Sequence record: MT446416.1 | Reading direction: 5' to 3' (one strand) | DNA length: 64,000 nucleotides | Shown: piece by piece, positions 20,801 through 28,666 of the stretch | How the letters are laid out: each line of letters opens with the position of its first letter | How positions within the stretch are numbered: the stretch's first letter is position 1 | The notes under the pieces: model-generated | Seen by the model: only the letters and a program-made list of their open reading frames with translations | What the model was told of the DNA's origin: nothing | Database searches by the model: none | Made by a program: the position numbers and the translations under genes

Positions 20801-21776
20801 TGTGAGATACCAAAACAATGCATGGGAAACCATCTTGAGTGTATCAAAAATCAAAACTGACACCACACCAACCTTGTACACAGTAAGAAACACTGCGAAC
20901 GGAACTGTAGAACTACTAGATAGTACTGGAGTTGTACTTCGTTATGATAACATCACTAAACAACAGAATGAACCAGCAATACCTCTAGCATTGAACATCG
21001 TTCGTATTAGAACCTTTGCTGATCCAGAATTCTTGGTTGATGGTGTTAAGTTGTATGAAACAAATAGAAATTATGCTATCGACGCAATGAACTATGAAGT
21101 ATTCTACGACACAACACTATACGGTGGTTCTTATAATGATGGAATTACACCAGATGACGTTGATGTTTGGGTAGTGTCTAACGAGATATTTGAAGTTGAT
21201 GGTGTTACCATTGATAACGGATATAACTTACCAATTACTGGTGCAGGTGTTCTTAGTGAGTTAGTGAGAACAAAAATGACTGATAGTGTGGAAATTAACG
21301 TGTTCGAGTATGATGTTGGTATTATTCAACCTGTACTGAATGCTGAAGGGGTATGGGAATATGCATATCCACTAGTTAGTGATACATATATTGGTGTAGT
21401 TGGTGGAACAGTAACTAACATTACTGCTATCAGTGAAGAAAATGCTACTTATGTTTCACAACCAGATTCAGTTAGTCCATATAGTGTTACTAATAATGTT
21501 CTATCTGGTGCTGGTGCAAGTATGAATGATATTATTTCTCTTGGTTTTGAAAAAGTTGAAGTACGATTTGCAAATAACTTACTCCGTGGGGTAATGTATA
21601 GTGCAGAACACGACTTTAAAGAGAATGTGACATATTCATTTAATGGATTGAACTTAGGTAAAGTTAATTTACTAAAACGTTATAGTGTTAACAGTTATCC
21701 AATCGAACTATCGGTTTACTCCGATAGTTTGCAAATAAGTGGTAATGACATTAAAAATCTATTAGAAGTTAAATAA
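11808..21776 (+). CDS. giant (3322 aa) virion structural protein, probable baseplate wedge (gp7-position)
   Basis: Uninterrupted ORF with its own late promoter following gp6; start moved to ATG 11808 (SD GGAG); function inferred from synteny. Confidence 0.55.
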   Translation: MTNNFKFQPTQMAEAVQKKLFIKRLPEWMQGLEDIQKVSDDVIQQWFNPAENELVDGYIGDMGSPAAAGNIFLHESTVARQLYQLSTAYVSRNNDSSIRSIQFYDDLVGYMNHYGALTENESRLFNGKFYSWTPPINPNKMNNYSSYLWDSKNSYNITTPDYIVMERGAENGNTWSLQNFWYTLGETLEDGTILTEELMQDSRFVRARAPIIEYNKNIELMNYGTKFRGTVDLFSDIIKPEDIVQKDINSGIRIDGIIPQDGMRILFTSIGNNGENNRIYKVYVKRMQDGTRVYGLALDPDEESESRPSGEPQDGDVVLIIKGNEFGNSSMYWNGSHWIQAQSKTSVNVFPQFQLYDRNGVKLNNTTTYPSSTFTGSSLFGFKINYNYATDSVYGYNIELGDYNYYTYENFLQSTRYTYEHLGVEVEIDGLYYYNVIGEGNTMNLETDWVRSTEYSKQYVKQTPQVERTVMFRVFSTVYDMESFKDPVEGMYAYVIEVDRTYQYYKAERETYLDWHVIVGDGVQSVKYNHTFELAQKVLDNSDDIIELVVDGVEIKEYTKTVVNNQVQSITIDSSVDLDEDSVVQIRTYSSTITPNKELGAYEVPINLQNNPYNSNIEYINQGDYTQHFQDIIQKNITSGSADDFNNYEERLASGLVNNGVGTKIIQNEASMLPLMAHTANEDIDLFESIMFMQAEYFRFINKFNTQMLRLYEEDPSAFLGNSASNIVDAILTAINMGRDSTFPFYYDNVASTAGFIRAFVPPTPQFLGILQAYTPQKATFLTAGSKSSWYNISHTGIISKAYRVINGVDKMDDVVFELENRIFNSIDLTFKDIDYKPVLNSEDLFPTPYFTGTDYSAEEKKTLLLRGYINFTATNGISNSTHDYDANNWRTWNYTGSYYVVDGQRTEIPARGSWRAIYTDQYGTYRPATHPWEMMGFSQRPTWWNQEYEPTAVQVGEREGDVVYVYEALVMNESGDLVPSGLWDIDGTIGDSSTGTILSGERRGQYDKYKRFGVQPFKITKTGEKTSTGIDICEVEYIAPEVLGLVSGNLDHRAEPWAYGDMGDMEFTYMNTAMFAYDQMLLLYKAKPAQFANYYWDTRNDNLKPVYTDGSQFLYGETRKRLNFDSTTLVHGEKNTRTIGYQMFVSDYLMYQNKNITTKYGDVVRSSYVNVAHKIGGFTKADQLTFTAKSFGLISQENQTIGLVRSNNILDEQMSAVKITWNGSAYQIDGYDLVGAKFKYKIPVKNGRKVTLKLEDRTVVHYNEWKSEGTLEYGKIFNTYQEVYTFICGYGEYLKEHGWIFEDVNDSGAQQDWTTIAKDFVIWSQNSLSTGEFISCTPSAANAKFGADFGSVQSVTQNSGGVWSLLDDENQGIRQYEIETSRIGNVFTVRTTSESQKRMALIRLSLSSYEHAVVFDDKTIFGDFIYQPTYGAIQELIKMYGYITGSWTGRLQAPGFIILEAGTLPSFEKLVTDFDLYYNSETPVSDVQLQELSNHLIGYQTRDYLQRMISSDVSRVDFYKGFIHDKGTNQVMEKVLRVSKSYDTDEYKALQEWAFKIGTYGNINGKKNLQFKLINDQFKQQPQMVSFDVNATSNGTGNGIVYYGEQGVDPRWITRPNGKFSFPMRSGRSENIQLPDIGPVTLDEISYVTKDFSTAYNDRINYMNNSGEIPDSVWMFKDGNDLWNIFELVDTEVEMLSIVPIENTDVYAEQFCKVTLSDDIPLNDGDYYYFVDETNFMPDTLTIESQYYTAGNDPRVMVVPFDTSITIDFTDPDTRPRLYRYVSRFSTEEMRQEYIDRKYSFKAPQSTLFDRPTTYDERTNITALYLNVFDPINGVIPGAAMQNVTYTSPVDPAQYNSNGELIQAWGADKVGQVWWNTSTAFYLDYTRAIYDADGNVDVDATNEYKRYNWGRLLPHSTVDVLEWVCSPVEPYNWDKYCKDVANKNKNNTMYLPSGTALEDNYSTFLEYDSTTDTYVTKYYFWVRDTIYVPPLHSRTKSCTDIARIIKEPAQLNIPWFAPINESSFILSNMQFEVNDDTSILTVSYYMDNTEVIKHDQYQLCKEGDSYNFNPSIWTSMWNSMIGQETTESGTVIDLLYPLVPNGLGSNKTWFQDVIEARRNFVESANNYYRSQNITTNTVLMDEVFNVKTTEVNPNEVSYRVLTYNSELVIAPESDKFKENDAVLVSTSGVLPNPLSTSSVYFVHIDANGYIHLMNSPSSAGSVVTITLENRGEGQQKMIKQSDYVEALGTSLDMTQYWSLADWYDIGYDKNTAYTQESSLEDANTKNYQVGDIIRITDVDGIWTLYIKAQSRDSVYWKAIGRENSTVELNDMLYADYTVRDANGSLSNREINVRKALALLKNSFDLHQSEIVFDMVKYVHVEQSVVDWVFKTSYIYIVGLEQSLVQNYSNDNLINQIVEYFEEVKPYRTKIRSQIEQKTSDDDLIKGLCNDLDPNGYIFADGTWVKTEKDIWDYEYAQFNEVTQRWEQVGELPSDFVTPNRRFQEIDVIMHYDNTQCKPNDNLASVDVLEEVNKKYQSNAQDVVSDFELQRYKYTFPEYSDEDFDLLVAYQMQLYYPELNVTLGIAYGVNQWYAEHADDLVATAEFTETLNRVYKESTQNEMFNDVNHYVQYNTLSNRLKLYTGADDEVIHDEVGCGFSGLTYDDNPSTRLPFGYASSTDYNFGYFEVSSELYNKYVSLIKENNTTATDDEVRIILEVEYGVYSYRHVDEDGNQRFYNDAIHVLSGMRGLYDKDATDHYEKAEEILSRMPIDIHAFTMMPRKYVYVNVNGVYESIPDDQSIDDFMEDKFITDGQLVQLAEINLDDLPLDRNNPMYSDYQHILDSITNAKYYDDMNAFDNLALESQTSELKWEVEGDEVDPYIIDISDINPSGRKIGQIRFTVDGYGFNSVSRVQLRDNSRYKTEGMVIINPYKTTEAIVSIPSYAKIENDISKSYSKYDEKYFYKIKSIVSDTEAEVIDNTLSDGDKVMIFTTDGEDYVRYQNNAWETILSVSKIKTDTTPTLYTVRNTANGTVELLDSTGVVLRYDNITKQQNEPAIPLALNIVRIRTFADPEFLVDGVKLYETNRNYAIDAMNYEVFYDTTLYGGSYNDGITPDDVDVWVVSNEIFEVDGVTIDNGYNLPITGAGVLSELVRTKMTDSVEINVFEYDVGIIQPVLNAEGVWEYAYPLVSDTYIGVVGGTVTNITAISEENATYVSQPDSVSPYSVTNNVLSGAGASMNDIISLGFEKVEVRFANNLLRGVMYSAEHDFKENVTYSFNGLNLGKVNLLKRYSVNSYPIELSVYSDSLQISGNDIKNLLEVK

Positions 21777-21777
21777 C

Positions 21778-21810
21778 AAAAAGGAGAGCAAATGCTCTCC
21801 TTTTCTTTTT
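21778..21810. terminator. bidirectional intrinsic terminator
   Basis: A tract-GGAGAGCA-AA-TGCTCTCC-T tract between convergent genes. Confidence 0.8.
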
Positions 21811-24098
21811 TACGCAATAACTTTTTCTACTGCTTTAGTTCGTTTAGGTTTGATTGCCAATTTACCATCAATCACATCAAACGTTACGTTACCACCATTA
21901 ACCAGAGAACCACACAACATCTCTTTAGCTAGTGGGACACGGATGTTTTGCTCAATAGTGCGTTTCATTGGACGTGCACCCATTCCAACTTTAACACCAT
22001 TTGTTGCCAACCACTCACGAGCCGCTTTGGTCAGTGAAACTTTAACTTTGCGGTCTTTGATTTGTTCATTCAAACTTCCCATGAACTTATCAATGATGCT
22101 GTCAATCGCTTCGCTGCTTAGGTCTTTGAATGTCACAATACTATCGATACGGTTGATGAATTCAGGTGGCAAGAATGCTTTAATCGCTTTATCTTGTGCT
22201 GTATCACTACCGCTCATCCCAATACTACGCTTGGTTGAATCTGCTGCACCAAGGTTAGTCGTCATAATAACAGTTACGTTATTGAAGTAAACAGTTTTAC
22301 CTTGTGAACCAGTCAAACGTCCTTCGTCCAGAACCTGTAGGAAGGTTAGTAGTACTTTACGATCAGCTTTTTCGATTTCATCGAGCAACAGTACTGCATT
22401 CGGGAACTGCTCAATCTTGTCGAGTAGCAGACCGTTACCAGAATCGTGACCAACATAGCCTGGAGGTGAACCAATCAGTTTAGCAACAGTATGTTCCTGT
22501 GAAAACTCGGACATATCGAAACGAATCAGTTCAGAACCAGTTGCATCAGCCAGTGCTTTGGTAATTTCAGTTTTACCAGTACCAGATGGCCCAACAAACA
22601 TGAATGCACCTTGAACACTTGATTTATCACGCAGACCAGCACGAGCTACCATCACGTTATCAACCAGTTTCTGTACTGCTTCTTCTTGACCGTATACACG
22701 AGAACGGAGTGCATCTGGTAGATTACGCATACGTTCACTTTCAGTGCAAGCAACCACGTTAATATCTAGGTTTGCGATACCTGCAACAACTTCTTGAATC
22801 AGTGCAACAGTGATGATGTTATCATCAGTTTCACGAGAACGTACTTTCGCTGCCGCCGCATCCATTAGGTCGATTGCTTTGTCAGGGAAGTGTTTGTTCT
22901 TCAGGAACTTATCACTTAGTGTAATAACTGCATCCATTGCTTCAGTACTGAACTCTACGTTATGGAAAGTTTCATAAGTAGATTTCAAACCATTCACAAT
23001 CGCACGGGTTTCATCAATTGATGGCTCAACTACATCAATTTTCATGAAACGACGAGTTAGTGCACTATCTTTTTCGATGTTTTTACGATATTCATCGTAA
23101 GTTGTTGCACCGATTACACGAATCTCACCACGAGATAGTGCAGGTTTGAGCATGTTGCTCATATCCATAGAACCGTTGCTTGCTGAACCAGCACCAACCA
23201 TAATATGGATTTCATCGATGAACACAATAGTGTTTTCACGTTTCTTCAGTTCTTTTAGTAGGTTATCGATACGTTCTTCGAACTCACCACGGTACTTAGT
23301 ACCAGCAGTCAGTGCACCTACGTTCAGAGACAGAATTTCAACATCTTTAAGATGCTCTGGTACTTCACCATCAGCGATTGCCTGTGCTAGACCATCAATG
23401 ATTTGAGTTTTACCAACACCAGCTTCACCAGTCAGGATGGCATTCTTCTTAGTCTTACGGGCCAGAGTTTCAATCAGTGCAGAAAGCTCTTTCTGGCGAC
23501 CAATCATTGGGTCAAGTTTACCTTCTTTTGCAAGTGCTGTTAGGTTAGTGGTGTAATCTTCTAAACCTTTTTGTTTGGACGATGGTTGCTGTTGTGCCAC
23601 TTTTTTCTCCCCAGTTGGCTCATCACTAATGCTTTGAAGGTTGATTCCGTTGTCGATTGCTTCTACGTGCTTCTGTAGAGTTCGTGCTGCTTCAGTACAA
23701 GTGATACCCTCTTCACGCAATGCTGCTTCTAGTGCAGTATTTGGGAAGGACAAACACTCAAACAGTACAAAATAAGCATCAATTGAGAAATCATCACGTT
23801 TAAGTTGCTCAATTACTGATTTCTTAGAAAGTTCCTGAACTACACGGTTCACGAGAAGTGATGTGCGGTTCGCTTCATCACCATCAGCACTTTTAGGTGC
23901 ATGTGGGAATGTTGTATTCTTCAGATATGCAATCAAACGACCGTGTAGGTTGTCTGCATCGATGTTCATATCTTCAAATACTGCTTTGATGCTATCGATT
24001 GTCAGTACTGTAGCACTTAGATGGTCAATAGTCAAGAAGGTATGACCCAGAGAAGTTGCCAGTTCGTCGCTTTTTTTGAATAATTGGGTAAGATTCAT
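21810..24098 (-). CDS. clpA: ClpA-type AAA+ unfoldase (Hsp100)
   Basis: N domain; D1 GEAGVGKT, KYRG pore loop, IDEIH; D2 GPSGTGKT, GYVG, LLLDEIEKA, GARP; no ClpB middle domain; start at ATG 24098 (SD GGAG). Confidence 0.9.
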   Translation of the reverse strand: MNLTQLFKKSDELATSLGHTFLTIDHLSATVLTIDSIKAVFEDMNIDADNLHGRLIAYLKNTTFPHAPKSADGDEANRTSLLVNRVVQELSKKSVIEQLKRDDFSIDAYFVLFECLSFPNTALEAALREEGITCTEAARTLQKHVEAIDNGINLQSISDEPTGEKKVAQQQPSSKQKGLEDYTTNLTALAKEGKLDPMIGRQKELSALIETLARKTKKNAILTGEAGVGKTQIIDGLAQAIADGEVPEHLKDVEILSLNVGALTAGTKYRGEFEERIDNLLKELKKRENTIVFIDEIHIMVGAGSASNGSMDMSNMLKPALSRGEIRVIGATTYDEYRKNIEKDSALTRRFMKIDVVEPSIDETRAIVNGLKSTYETFHNVEFSTEAMDAVITLSDKFLKNKHFPDKAIDLMDAAAAKVRSRETDDNIITVALIQEVVAGIANLDINVVACTESERMRNLPDALRSRVYGQEEAVQKLVDNVMVARAGLRDKSSVQGAFMFVGPSGTGKTEITKALADATGSELIRFDMSEFSQEHTVAKLIGSPPGYVGHDSGNGLLLDKIEQFPNAVLLLDEIEKADRKVLLTFLQVLDEGRLTGSQGKTVYFNNVTVIMTTNLGAADSTKRSIGMSGSDTAQDKAIKAFLPPEFINRIDSIVTFKDLSSEAIDSIIDKFMGSLNEQIKDRKVKVSLTKAAREWLATNGVKVGMGARPMKRTIEQNIRVPLAKEMLCGSLVNGGNVTFDVIDGKLAIKPKRTKAVEKVIA

Positions 24099-24136
24099 GT
24101 ATTCTCCTAAATGAGTAGTCACTCTAATTAATAAAC

Positions 24137-24164
24137 ATTATATCACATTCTTTGCGTTTGTCAA
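24137..24164 (-). promoter_or_regulatory. sigma70 consensus promoter for clpA (TTGACA-N16-TATAAT, extended -10)
   Basis: TGTTGACAAACGCAAAGAATGTGATATAATG on the minus strand. Confidence 0.8.
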
Positions 24165-24169
24165 CAAGG

Positions 24170-24175
24170 TAAATA
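24170..24175 (+). promoter_or_regulatory. late promoter TAAATA
   Basis: Upstream of the gp14-like gene, back-to-back with the clpA promoter. Confidence 0.5.
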
Positions 24176-24206
24176 AAGATATACCCGATTTATTTTGGAG
24201 ACAAAC

Positions 24207-25703
24207 ATGACATACAGAATGTGGAAAAAAGGTAGAACCAATGATTACAAGTTCATTGACTCTGCCATAGCAGAACAATACAACATCGGTGGTGTTGACA
24301 TGTGGCTTTATGCCTATGTCGGACCAAAACAAGTCGCTGATAACACTGATTTATCATATGGCGGTGATTATTATGGTTCAGATAGTACCGTTGTGTCAAG
24401 CATTGGTGATTTAATTTTTGGTGACACTCCAAGTCGTAACTATAATCTCGAAGCTATCACCTTAAGTTGCGTCTACCAAGTCCAAGAAGCAACTCCTGAC
24501 TTGAAAATCCCAGGATTGTTCTTCAACTTTAACACTATGGACATCACAATTCATTATAACACAATGATTCAGCGTTTGGGAAGAAAAATTATGCCAGGTG
24601 ACGTAATCGAACTCCCTAACTTACGTGATTTTGATGTACTTGGTAAAGATTCTGGTTTAAATCGCTTCTATGTAGTACAAGATGGGTTTAGAACATCAGA
24701 AGGTTACTCAGTTACATGGCAACATCACATTTACAAACTCCGTGTTAAACCTCTTACTGATTCACCAGAGTATTCAGACCTTCTAGGTAACAATAACTAC
24801 CCTGATGACCCAGATGAACCAAACAACGGCAATGGTAATACTGATGATGGCTCTTCAGAGAACAGCAGCTATGGTAATGAAATGGACATTATGAACCGTA
24901 TCATTATGCAAGCTGATGATGAAGTACCATACATTCATTTTACTAACGAACACTTGTTCGATGACAGACCAGATACCGTTGATTTGTCTAAGTATATGCT
25001 AAATGGATACGAATTACCAGAGGAACCAGCAAATAAAATGTATTTCCTCAAGAAAACTTACCCAGTACTGAAAGAACTATCTAATGATACATGGATTTCT
25101 GTAGAAGTCAAGCGTGGAACAATCTTTCCTCGCAAACCGATGGATGGTGACTTCTTCTTTAAAGAAAACGAGGCTGATGTCACTGGCTTCTCATTGTATC
25201 AATACGATAAATCTGCCAAAAAGTGGCTAAATTGTGATGTTGAGTATACTACAGAAAGCACACCACCACAAGGGGTTGATGATTTTTATATTGAATACAA
25301 AGAACCACACATTTATCAGTACTTAAATGGTAAATGGGGAGAACCAGAAGTAACTTACGTTAATGACCCATTCACTTCTAATAGTGTTTATGGAAATATC
25401 GATTCACAACAAGATTATCGTCCTAAGATTCCTCCAGCACGAGGTACAGTTCCTGAAGGTAATATGTTCCCAAGTGATGCAGTTGATGGTGATTACTACT
25501 ATCGTACCGATTATACACCAGTAACCCTATGGGAATACAGTGCATCCAAGAATTCTTGGGTGATTTTCGATTACGGTGGTAGAAAACCGTGGGAAGGTGC
25601 AGATCTTGCTCTAACAGAATTTGTTAATAGCCCGAACCGTGTACCATTACATGATGCAGTTAAACCTAATACAGCGTATCGTATACATAAGGATTCAGAA
25701 TGA
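24207..25703 (+). CDS. neck protein gp14-like with C-terminal extension
   Basis: FIDSAIAEQYNIGG...RLGRKIMPGDVIELP...HIYKLRVKP; start at ATG 24207 (SD GGAG); upstream of gp15. Confidence 0.7.
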   Translation: MTYRMWKKGRTNDYKFIDSAIAEQYNIGGVDMWLYAYVGPKQVADNTDLSYGGDYYGSDSTVVSSIGDLIFGDTPSRNYNLEAITLSCVYQVQEATPDLKIPGLFFNFNTMDITIHYNTMIQRLGRKIMPGDVIELPNLRDFDVLGKDSGLNRFYVVQDGFRTSEGYSVTWQHHIYKLRVKPLTDSPEYSDLLGNNNYPDDPDEPNNGNGNTDDGSSENSSYGNEMDIMNRIIMQADDEVPYIHFTNEHLFDDRPDTVDLSKYMLNGYELPEEPANKMYFLKKTYPVLKELSNDTWISVEVKRGTIFPRKPMDGDFFFKENEADVTGFSLYQYDKSAKKWLNCDVEYTTESTPPQGVDDFYIEYKEPHIYQYLNGKWGEPEVTYVNDPFTSNSVYGNIDSQQDYRPKIPPARGTVPEGNMFPSDAVDGDYYYRTDYTPVTLWEYSASKNSWVIFDYGGRKPWEGADLALTEFVNSPNRVPLHDAVKPNTAYRIHKDSE

Positions 25704-27043
25704 AAATAGATTATTATTATGATGGTCAATTTCGTCGAGTACTGAAACATCTTATCAGAGTGTTTGGTGAATTTCAAGTACAAAATGGTGTTGATGCTGA
25801 CGGAAAACCAAAATATAAGAAAGTTCCTTGCCGCTATGCAGATATTTCACGTATGGCAGCAGCAATTATTAATGGTAACAGTGAGAACGTGCTTCCAACA
25901 GCACCAATCATGACCATTAGTGTAAACCAACTTAAACTAGATCGCAAGTCAGTTCGTTCAAACGCAAATGAAACATTAGTTATGGGGACTAACAAGTCCC
26001 CTGGAATTAACGAATATACTAAAGACTTAGATAAACAGTATAAAGTAACTCGTCATAACCCAGTACCTTGGACATTTACGTTTGATGTTAATATTTGGGT
26101 TACACAAACACAAACTAAAATGGAACTATTTGAGCAAATTTCAACATTGTTTGCTCCTAGTATTCAATTACAACTCTCCGAGAACCCACTGGATTGGACA
26201 TCATTGAGTGATGTGGAGTTGATTGACTGTCAATTTACTACTCGTGGTTTCCCACAAGGAACCGATAGTGATTTGGATATAATGGTATTGACATTTGAAA
26301 CCACAATTTGGTTCTCTTTGCCAGCTATTGTTGAGAAACCAAAACTTATCCAACAAATCACCACCAATATTAAAGGTGCTCGTGATGAACTTGATTTTGA
26401 AATTGGTAATTACTCGGATATCATTACTGATGTATTCACACCAAAGAACTTATGTATTAAAGTTGATGAAATAACAAACTCTGAACTTAATATCCCAGAT
26501 ACTTACCAACTCACTCTTGTTAGTCAATCACTATCAGAAACATCACCAAATGGTGGGATTTATTCATGGGAAAAATACCTTAAGTACTTGGACCCAGAAT
26601 ATGAAGACAAGACTGTAGGTATTAAATTCCAACAAGCTATAGAAGAGGATAACCCACTAAAAGGACATATCTCTTCATTTGGGGAAGGGGCTGATTCTAA
26701 CAAGATTGTAGTTCAGCTTGATAATAGTAATTATACTGTTGATTATACAATACATGGATTCATTAGTAAAGACTCTTTGTTATATAACGCACTACCTGAA
26801 CAATATTATGTAAATAATAGCATACATAACATCATTTACAAAGAGACTGAAATCCCAGCGAACTATTTGTTTAAAATTACCAATGATGGAGCAGAACTTA
26901 TTGAGCCATCGCGAGTACACCACTATGTTTATAATATGGAAGATAGTGGATATTATAGATATAATGACAAATTCAAATGGCATAAGAGTATTATGTCAGT
27001 ATATCGTCAGGGATATTGGAAAATAACTTTCACTGACAAATAA
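25700..27043 (+). CDS. tail terminator/sheath stabiliser gp15-like with C-terminal extension
   Basis: YYYDGQFRRVLKHLIRVF...KVPCRYA...PVPWTFTFDVNIW...LFEQISTLFAP. Confidence 0.75.
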   Translation: MKIDYYYDGQFRRVLKHLIRVFGEFQVQNGVDADGKPKYKKVPCRYADISRMAAAIINGNSENVLPTAPIMTISVNQLKLDRKSVRSNANETLVMGTNKSPGINEYTKDLDKQYKVTRHNPVPWTFTFDVNIWVTQTQTKMELFEQISTLFAPSIQLQLSENPLDWTSLSDVELIDCQFTTRGFPQGTDSDLDIMVLTFETTIWFSLPAIVEKPKLIQQITTNIKGARDELDFEIGNYSDIITDVFTPKNLCIKVDEITNSELNIPDTYQLTLVSQSLSETSPNGGIYSWEKYLKYLDPEYEDKTVGIKFQQAIEEDNPLKGHISSFGEGADSNKIVVQLDNSNYTVDYTIHGFISKDSLLYNALPEQYYVNNSIHNIIYKETEIPANYLFKITNDGAELIEPSRVHHYVYNMEDSGYYRYNDKFKWHKSIMSVYRQGYWKITFTDK

Positions 27044-27055
27044 GGAGGTGTTGTT

Positions 27056-27520
27056 ATGAATGAAGCAGTAGGTGCTATATTTTTATCTAAAAGTACTGGA
27101 CACATGATGTTAAACTTGAGATCAGAAAGAAGTACGTATTCTAACAACTGGGCATTTGTTGGTGGGAAGCTTGAGTATAATGAAACTCCGTTACAGGGTC
27201 TTATGCGTGAGATTAAAGAAGAGCTAGGTGATTCTATTCCAACGATAATAGATATTATACCATTTGATGTATTTTGTACGAAGAATGGTAAATTTAAATA
27301 TTATTCATTTGTCATTGTAGTTGAAAATGAATTCGTACCTACTTTAAATCATGAGAGTTCTGGTTATGCATGGGTTAAGATTGGCTCATGGCCCAAACCA
27401 TTACATCCTGGTGCAAAAAACACATTACTTAACACAAATTTAATGAAGGATTTCTATTCATTGTGGGAAAGTATACGACAAGGTACACAGTTTGTCAACA
27501 GCTTACCATATCGATATTAA
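27056..27520 (+). CDS. Nudix hydrolase
   Basis: Nudix box GGKLEYNETPLQGLMREIKEELG; LNHESSGYAW. Confidence 0.9.
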   Translation: MNEAVGAIFLSKSTGHMMLNLRSERSTYSNNWAFVGGKLEYNETPLQGLMREIKEELGDSIPTIIDIIPFDVFCTKNGKFKYYSFVIVVENEFVPTLNHESSGYAWVKIGSWPKPLHPGAKNTLLNTNLMKDFYSLWESIRQGTQFVNSLPYRY

Positions 27521-27521
27521 T

Positions 27522-27549
27522 AAAAAAAGGAGCCAATGGCTCCTTTTTT
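27522..27549. terminator. bidirectional intrinsic terminator
   Basis: A tract-GGAGCCA-A-TGGCTCC-T tract between convergent genes. Confidence 0.75.
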
Positions 27550-27553
27550 CTTT

Positions 27554-28654
27554 TTATACCCCAATTAGTGGGATACCTGTTATATTAAGTAGAACAGATA
27601 CTTGAAGCTTAACTGACTCACCTGCCGAAAGGTTGTTTACTATACCATCTACGCGGAACCCTAAGTTTTTATTAGAGTTAAGAGAGTTAATCACCCAGTT
27701 TTCGTAATCCGCTTTTGTAATACCATTCGGATTTGGGAGAGTTGGGTCAACACCATTAATTACCATAGATACATCCCAATTAGGGCGACTACTTGTAATT
27801 ACATCCTTGATTGATTCTAGTTGTGTAATGCGACGTGGGTCTGGAATCTGACTTGCACCAATTGAACCAGGAACAAATTTACCTTGGTTATCAACATAGA
27901 ACTGACCTTTAATGAAAAATGTTTTTGAATTATACGGAAGAGAAACAATTTCACCTGATGAATCACTAACTTCACGAATCATAATTTTCAATTCATAAAA
28001 ATAGTTACTACCAAATTCAAACACACCAGTACCATTTGTGAATGTTGTCCAGTTATTTGAATCAACCTGTGAAGTACCACCCATATTGAAGTAAGCTAAT
28101 GGCTTAGTACTGTTACTTTGTGTAAATTCAATATATTTCTTACCTGTATCATAGTTGATATCAAGTAGTGTGGAGTACTCTTTATTTTCTGGACGAGATG
28201 TTTGAATTTCACGCCATTCTTTATTTTTCATTAGGACACGAAGGGAATCACCATTACTGGTAAGAACCATACGACCCATAATACTATTTTCACCATCTGG
28301 TACGGTGTTGAAAATTGAAATCATTGGGATAGATGCCCAGTCAGCTTCAGATGCAGTATCTACTGGCTGACGAGCATTATCAACTAATGCAAGAAGTAGT
28401 TCGCCAGTGTTGCCAGTATTTCTGTACCAAATCTGACCATTAACGTTACCACGAGGTGCAGTTGCTCCACTGAAGTTCTCAACCAAGTGGAGGAAGTTTT
28501 CGTTCCATGCTTGACCGTAACCAACTTTATTTCGACCTGCAAAGTTTAACGGTACTGGGTTACTACCAGGTTGGTTTGGTCCTAATATTACGTTATTTGG
28601 AATGGTAGCATAAACGCTACCATTACTTCTATAAATTGTATAACTTACACTCAT
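27554..28654 (-). CDS. virion structural protein (fibre/baseplate-associated)
   Basis: N-terminal YTIYRSNG...GRNKVGYGQAWNENFLHLVENFS...GQIWY module typical of jumbo-phage tail proteins; lies under a late promoter. Confidence 0.5.
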   Translation of the reverse strand: MSVSYTIYRSNGSVYATIPNNVILGPNQPGSNPVPLNFAGRNKVGYGQAWNENFLHLVENFSGATAPRGNVNGQIWYRNTGNTGELLLALVDNARQPVDTASEADWASIPMISIFNTVPDGENSIMGRMVLTSNGDSLRVLMKNKEWREIQTSRPENKEYSTLLDINYDTGKKYIEFTQSNSTKPLAYFNMGGTSQVDSNNWTTFTNGTGVFEFGSNYFYELKIMIREVSDSSGEIVSLPYNSKTFFIKGQFYVDNQGKFVPGSIGASQIPDPRRITQLESIKDVITSSRPNWDVSMVINGVDPTLPNPNGITKADYENWVINSLNSNKNLGFRVDGIVNNLSAGESVKLQVSVLLNITGIPLIGV

Positions 28655-28666
28655 ATCATCACCTTA

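Noticed and set aside
21850-24045. Plus-strand ORFs (146, 86, 60 aa) over clpA
   Set aside because: Antisense to a well-supported gene
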